Below, piece after piece: positions 32,329 to 35,860 of a stretch of DNA of 35,860 nt (within the stretch, counting starts at the first letter, position 1; the number at the start of each line of letters is the position of its first letter). Origin of the DNA: a virus (taxonomy: Duplodnaviria > Caudoviricetes); the IMG/VR virus record IMGVR_UViG_3300020397_000862, positions 1 to 35,860 of that record. One strand, given 5' to 3'. The notes under the pieces are model-generated. The model was not told the DNA's origin. It did no database searches and worked only from the letters and a program-made list of their open reading frames with translations. Position numbers and translations under genes: made by a program.

Positions 32329-34770
32329 TTAGCCCTTTTTAGAATAGCCTAATTTTCTAAGTTTCTCTTTAAACTGTTTTCTTCTCGCGTCAACTCTCAT
32401 TGGCTTAACACTTTCATCACCGTCATCATTCTTAGGTAACTCTTTATCATAATCTTTTTCGATTTTATTAAAGAACTCCTTTTTCTTTTCTGGTGATAGT
32501 TCAGCTGGAGATTCAACACCAAATTTCTTCAACATACTCTTGAAGAACTTTTTGTATTCATCTCCTCTATCCTCTAGCCACGCGTCAATATTACTCTCGT
32601 TCATATTTTCCTCATTTGCAAATCGTAAAGCCTTCTCAACTTCTGGATGTTTTGTAAGACCTCTTTTTAACTTTTCTATTTCTTTCATAGCCATGTTCAT
32701 ATTACCACCTAAATCTAAAGCTAGTTCAATACCTAACTTGACATTTTTATCTCTAGCTGCTTTCTTAGCTTTAGGGTTATCTTTGTAATATCTTTGTAAT
32801 TCTTGGCCTGTAAGTTTACTACCACCCATTTTTGATAATGGGTCTAGTTTACCATCACGAACTTTTTCAATCTTCATCATTTTAACTTTTTTAATATTAC
32901 CTGGTTTTCTCTTTGGCATTTTCATTTCTTCCATACCTTCCTTATTTTCTTCCATTGGACCAAACGAATGGTGAGTCATAACATATTTGTTTCCTACAGT
33001 TTTACCTTTAATCCATCTTGAACCTGCCAATGATTCACCTGCAATAACATTTAAGAATACTTTAGGAAACTTACCTCCAGTGCCATCTCCTCTGATTGCT
33101 TCTAAATCATCATATAATGTATCATCACCTACTGGAATCATATTTAAAAAGTTGTTAACCTGAGCAGTTTTTGTAGCAGGATATGGTTTCATTAACATAT
33201 CAGCCAGTACAGCTAATTCTCTTTTACTCTCAGGTACTCTCCATGTTCCTTCTTTTAATTCTTTTTTAACTTGATTAAATGTTTTCACTTGTTCCCCCAA
33301 ATATTTGAATGTGTATGATTTACCTGTAAATTTATCTTTCACATTATAAGTGTTACCACCCATATTTAATATTGGGCCTCTCGTCTTAAAATTATCATTT
33401 GGTTTTACAAACTCTATCTCTTCTTCGTTCATAAAACTTTCTTCTACTTGTTCTTTTGTGTAAACTATTGGCTCTTCTACTTGTTCTACATCTGATTCTA
33501 GAGCTAAGATAATTCTCTCATAGTCTCTCTCTTCAAATAAATCAGCCATAACTGAGTTAGTATAACTCAAGAAACCTTTTTTACCTAAATCTGTTTTTAT
33601 AAATTCTATTTGAGCCTCTCTTTCAGTTACCATGCCTAACCTACTCATAGACTCTTTTATGTCTTCTTCTGTTGCGTGTTTACCACCAAAACCATCATTG
33701 TCAATACCAACTGCTCTTGATACTTGTTGAGATTTTAGTTTAAATAGTGATTGTTTTTGTTTTGAAATTGATTCTTTGATTCGCTCTTCTTTTGATATTG
33801 ATTCATCACTAACCATATTCTTCATATTTTTTTTGAATAAGTTAGCTAATTCATCAAAAAATTTAGCACTAGGTGATGATAACACAACAACTTTTGTCCC
33901 ATGATTACTAACATATGCATCATGTTTTTTCATAAGTCTTTCTAGGCCTGCCTTTCTTAATGCATTAAATTGGTCATTGGTTAAACTAGCTCGAGCTTCT
34001 TGTAGTTCTTCATTGAATGATTCAGCTTTTGTTAATACAACTTTTGGCATTGGTAGAAGTTTTCTACCAGTAGAAGCCATACTTCTCATACTATTTAAAA
34101 CTTTATCTACATCTTTTTCTTTACCAACTATGATGAATGAACTAGGCATCGACATATTTATCTTCACGCCTGGACTTCTCATTGGCCCATTGTAACCAAT
34201 TAAACCTTTCTTAGCTGCTTTTTGTAACATTTTCTCAGCCTTATCTGGGTCTGAGAAACTTTGTTGAACTTTAATTACATTATCTAAGAAAGAGGCCATA
34301 CCTTCTTCAACTTCCTCTTTCTTTTTCTTACCTTTCTTACCTTTGGCTTTGTAACCACTTGCGAATGCTGCTCGTCTTTGTGCGTCACTTGCAAAACCTT
34401 CGACTGTTTCATTAAAGTTGTATGAGTTCATCATGTCTTTTCTATTTACACTCATAGCTGTCTGAGCTATCTTCACTAAAACTTGAATAGGAGCTTTCTC
34501 CATTCTTTTTTTATTTTTATCGTTCACTCTATCGTAAACTTTTTGAATCATGGATGCTGTAAACATATCAACCATGGAGCCACCAACTTTCTTAGCACCT
34601 TTAGTTTTAACAATATTGTCTATATCAGGCATCAAGTTTTTACCTTCTTTCAAAGGTTTCATTTTTTCTTTCTGTAATTCTTGTCTTGATTTAGCGGGTT
34701 GAGAGGCGGTAACCTCTTCGATAGCTTTGCGAAGGTCTTTGAAAGAATTTATAATGTGTTTGTCTTTCAT
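32329..34770 (-). CDS. Large K/E-rich protein, probable protease-processed head-internal polyprotein
   Basis: 813 aa of basic modules separated by L/I/V-x-E clusters. Confidence 0.6.
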   Translation of the reverse strand: MKDKHIINSFKDLRKAIEEVTASQPAKSRQELQKEKMKPLKEGKNLMPDIDNIVKTKGAKKVGGSMVDMFTASMIQKVYDRVNDKNKKRMEKAPIQVLVKIAQTAMSVNRKDMMNSYNFNETVEGFASDAQRRAAFASGYKAKGKKGKKKKEEVEEGMASFLDNVIKVQQSFSDPDKAEKMLQKAAKKGLIGYNGPMRSPGVKINMSMPSSFIIVGKEKDVDKVLNSMRSMASTGRKLLPMPKVVLTKAESFNEELQEARASLTNDQFNALRKAGLERLMKKHDAYVSNHGTKVVVLSSPSAKFFDELANLFKKNMKNMVSDESISKEERIKESISKQKQSLFKLKSQQVSRAVGIDNDGFGGKHATEEDIKESMSRLGMVTEREAQIEFIKTDLGKKGFLSYTNSVMADLFEERDYERIILALESDVEQVEEPIVYTKEQVEESFMNEEEIEFVKPNDNFKTRGPILNMGGNTYNVKDKFTGKSYTFKYLGEQVKTFNQVKKELKEGTWRVPESKRELAVLADMLMKPYPATKTAQVNNFLNMIPVGDDTLYDDLEAIRGDGTGGKFPKVFLNVIAGESLAGSRWIKGKTVGNKYVMTHHSFGPMEENKEGMEEMKMPKRKPGNIKKVKMMKIEKVRDGKLDPLSKMGGSKLTGQELQRYYKDNPKAKKAARDKNVKLGIELALDLGGNMNMAMKEIEKLKRGLTKHPEVEKALRFANEENMNESNIDAWLEDRGDEYKKFFKSMLKKFGVESPAELSPEKKKEFFNKIEKDYDKELPKNDDGDESVKPMRVDARRKQFKEKLRKLGYSKKG

Positions 34771-34771
34771 A

Positions 34772-35038
34772 TTAGTTTGAGTTGTTTGCTACTCCACAAG
34801 CTAAAACAGCTGCATTTGCTGCAAATAATTGGTCACTTGGGTCTTTTTGTATTATAACAGTTTGAAGTGACTCTAATGTAAATGTACCTATGTCTGTACC
34901 ATCGGATTGCTCTAATGTGACTAGATGTTCACCAGAACCTGTATTGACTAGTCTAACATATCTTGATTTACCAACATTAGATGCTGCACCAGTATTTGTG
35001 CCTAAAGCTGCTTCAGTTGTAATCGGTTTGAATATCAT
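34772..35038 (-). CDS. Small late (probably virion) protein
   Basis: AGGAG RBS and tandem late promoters; beta-rich. Confidence 0.7.
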   Translation of the reverse strand: MIFKPITTEAALGTNTGAASNVGKSRYVRLVNTGSGEHLVTLEQSDGTDIGTFTLESLQTVIIQKDPSDQLFAANAAVLACGVANNSN

Positions 35039-35058
35039 GTTTTATTCTCCTGTAATTG

Positions 35059-35074
35059 TATTTATATATTTATA
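35059..35074 (-). promoter_or_regulatory. Tandem late promoters TATAAATA-TATAAATA
   Basis: Two abutting exact copies. Confidence 0.7.
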
Positions 35075-35079
35075 ATTCT

Positions 35080-35466
35080 CTAACTCGCGTCTTCCTGAGA
35101 TTCTTGCATATAATTCTCTTGAAAATATCTTATTGCAGAAAAATATGCTGGCATATTTGTCATCCAAAGTACCCATTGATTATAATGTTCATTATATTCT
35201 TCACTTCCCTCTTCAGCTGTAGTTCTATGACCTTCTTCTATATTAGCTATCCAACTTATTTTATGTAGAAATTTTGTACTATCCCAATCATATTCTTTTC
35301 TATCTACAGGTTCAAAGTCTTCTGGAGCTCCTTCTGGTACATAATTTTCTTCTAAAATTGTGTATTTCATTGGGCTTTGATATAAGCTTAATGTCATTCT
35401 TAACGAATTAACTTCATTATCTGGTTGTTTTCTAAAAGCTTCTATTTCTATTCTATGTAAATGCAT
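35080..35466 (-). CDS. Acidic hypothetical protein
   Basis: 128-aa ORF with AGGA RBS. Confidence 0.65.
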   Translation of the reverse strand: MHLHRIEIEAFRKQPDNEVNSLRMTLSLYQSPMKYTILEENYVPEGAPEDFEPVDRKEYDWDSTKFLHKISWIANIEEGHRTTAEEGSEEYNEHYNQWVLWMTNMPAYFSAIRYFQENYMQESQEDAS

Positions 35467-35475
35467 ATTAAAGTC

Positions 35476-35860
35476 CTAAAAAATAGGGATATTACCAGCA
35501 CCTGGATTAAAACCAGGTATAATAGTTTGTGGTGTACCTGAACTTGTCTTATCACTATCAGCTCTTATTCCGACCATTATAAGTTTTTGAGAAATATAAC
35601 CTGTTCTTATCATATCACTAGTTGAATGACTACCAGATGCGTTGTCTTGTAAAACACCTTGGCCACCACTATAAGCTTGATTATTTAATGTTGAAGAACT
35701 ACCAGAATTAGAGCCTCTTTTATCGAAATCAGGTCCTACACTACCTACACCAACTATTGAAATTAGAAAAGGTACAACTATACCTAAAGATTGAAATCCT
35801 GAACCAAAATTATCACTCATAAATCCTTTTGTAACTATTTCAGCACCTATAACTGTATTT
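35476..35860 (-). CDS. C-terminal part of a G/S-rich, probably virion structural protein (5' end outside the window)
   Basis: The frame stays open upstream of ATG 35820 to the window edge. Confidence 0.6.
   Translation of the reverse strand, partial: NTVIGAEIVTKGFMSDNFGSGFQSLGIVVPFLISIVGVGSVGPDFDKRGSNSGSSSTLNNQAYSGGQGVLQDNASGSHSTSDMIRTGYISQKLIMVGIRADSDKTSSGTPQTIIPGFNPGAGNIPIF

Noticed and set aside
1-35860. Stop-codon reassignment or selenocysteine
   Set aside because: Core genes are full length in code 11 and end in TAA, TAG and TGA.

Overview
This window is a fragment of a large, AT-rich T4-like (Tevenvirinae-like/marine 'exo-T4') myophage genome using the standard genetic code. It carries core tail/head genes (gp48, gp4, gp2, gp54, gp26, gp51, probable tape measure), replication and transcription genes (gp32, gp59, gp33, gp61 primase, class Ia NrdAB, glutaredoxin, exonuclease, resolvase-like nuclease), spanins and probable head-internal proteins. 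It also has many host-derived auxiliary genes: bS21, IscU, a SET domain protein, alternative oxidase, a membrane-anchored cytochrome c, acyl carrier protein and a TorF-like porin. These suggest (inference) an aerobic, non-cyanobacterial proteobacterial host, with a gamma-like bS21. The most interesting non-obvious signals are: (i) an in-frame T_TTT_TTC slippery site that would fuse gp26 to gp51 by a -1 frameshift upstream of the tape measure gene (lambda G/GT-like); (ii) an AOX + cytochrome c redox module tightly coupled behind nrdAB; (iii) a late-promoter-driven multi-hairpin ncRNA candidate after gp32; (iv) a 14-nt complement of the 16S rRNA 3' end heading a chain of ATGA-coupled mini-ORFs; and (v) a repeated early-promoter/leader cassette, two copies of which flank a GC-rich non-coding spacer. 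All calls come from reading motifs by eye; no database search was run.
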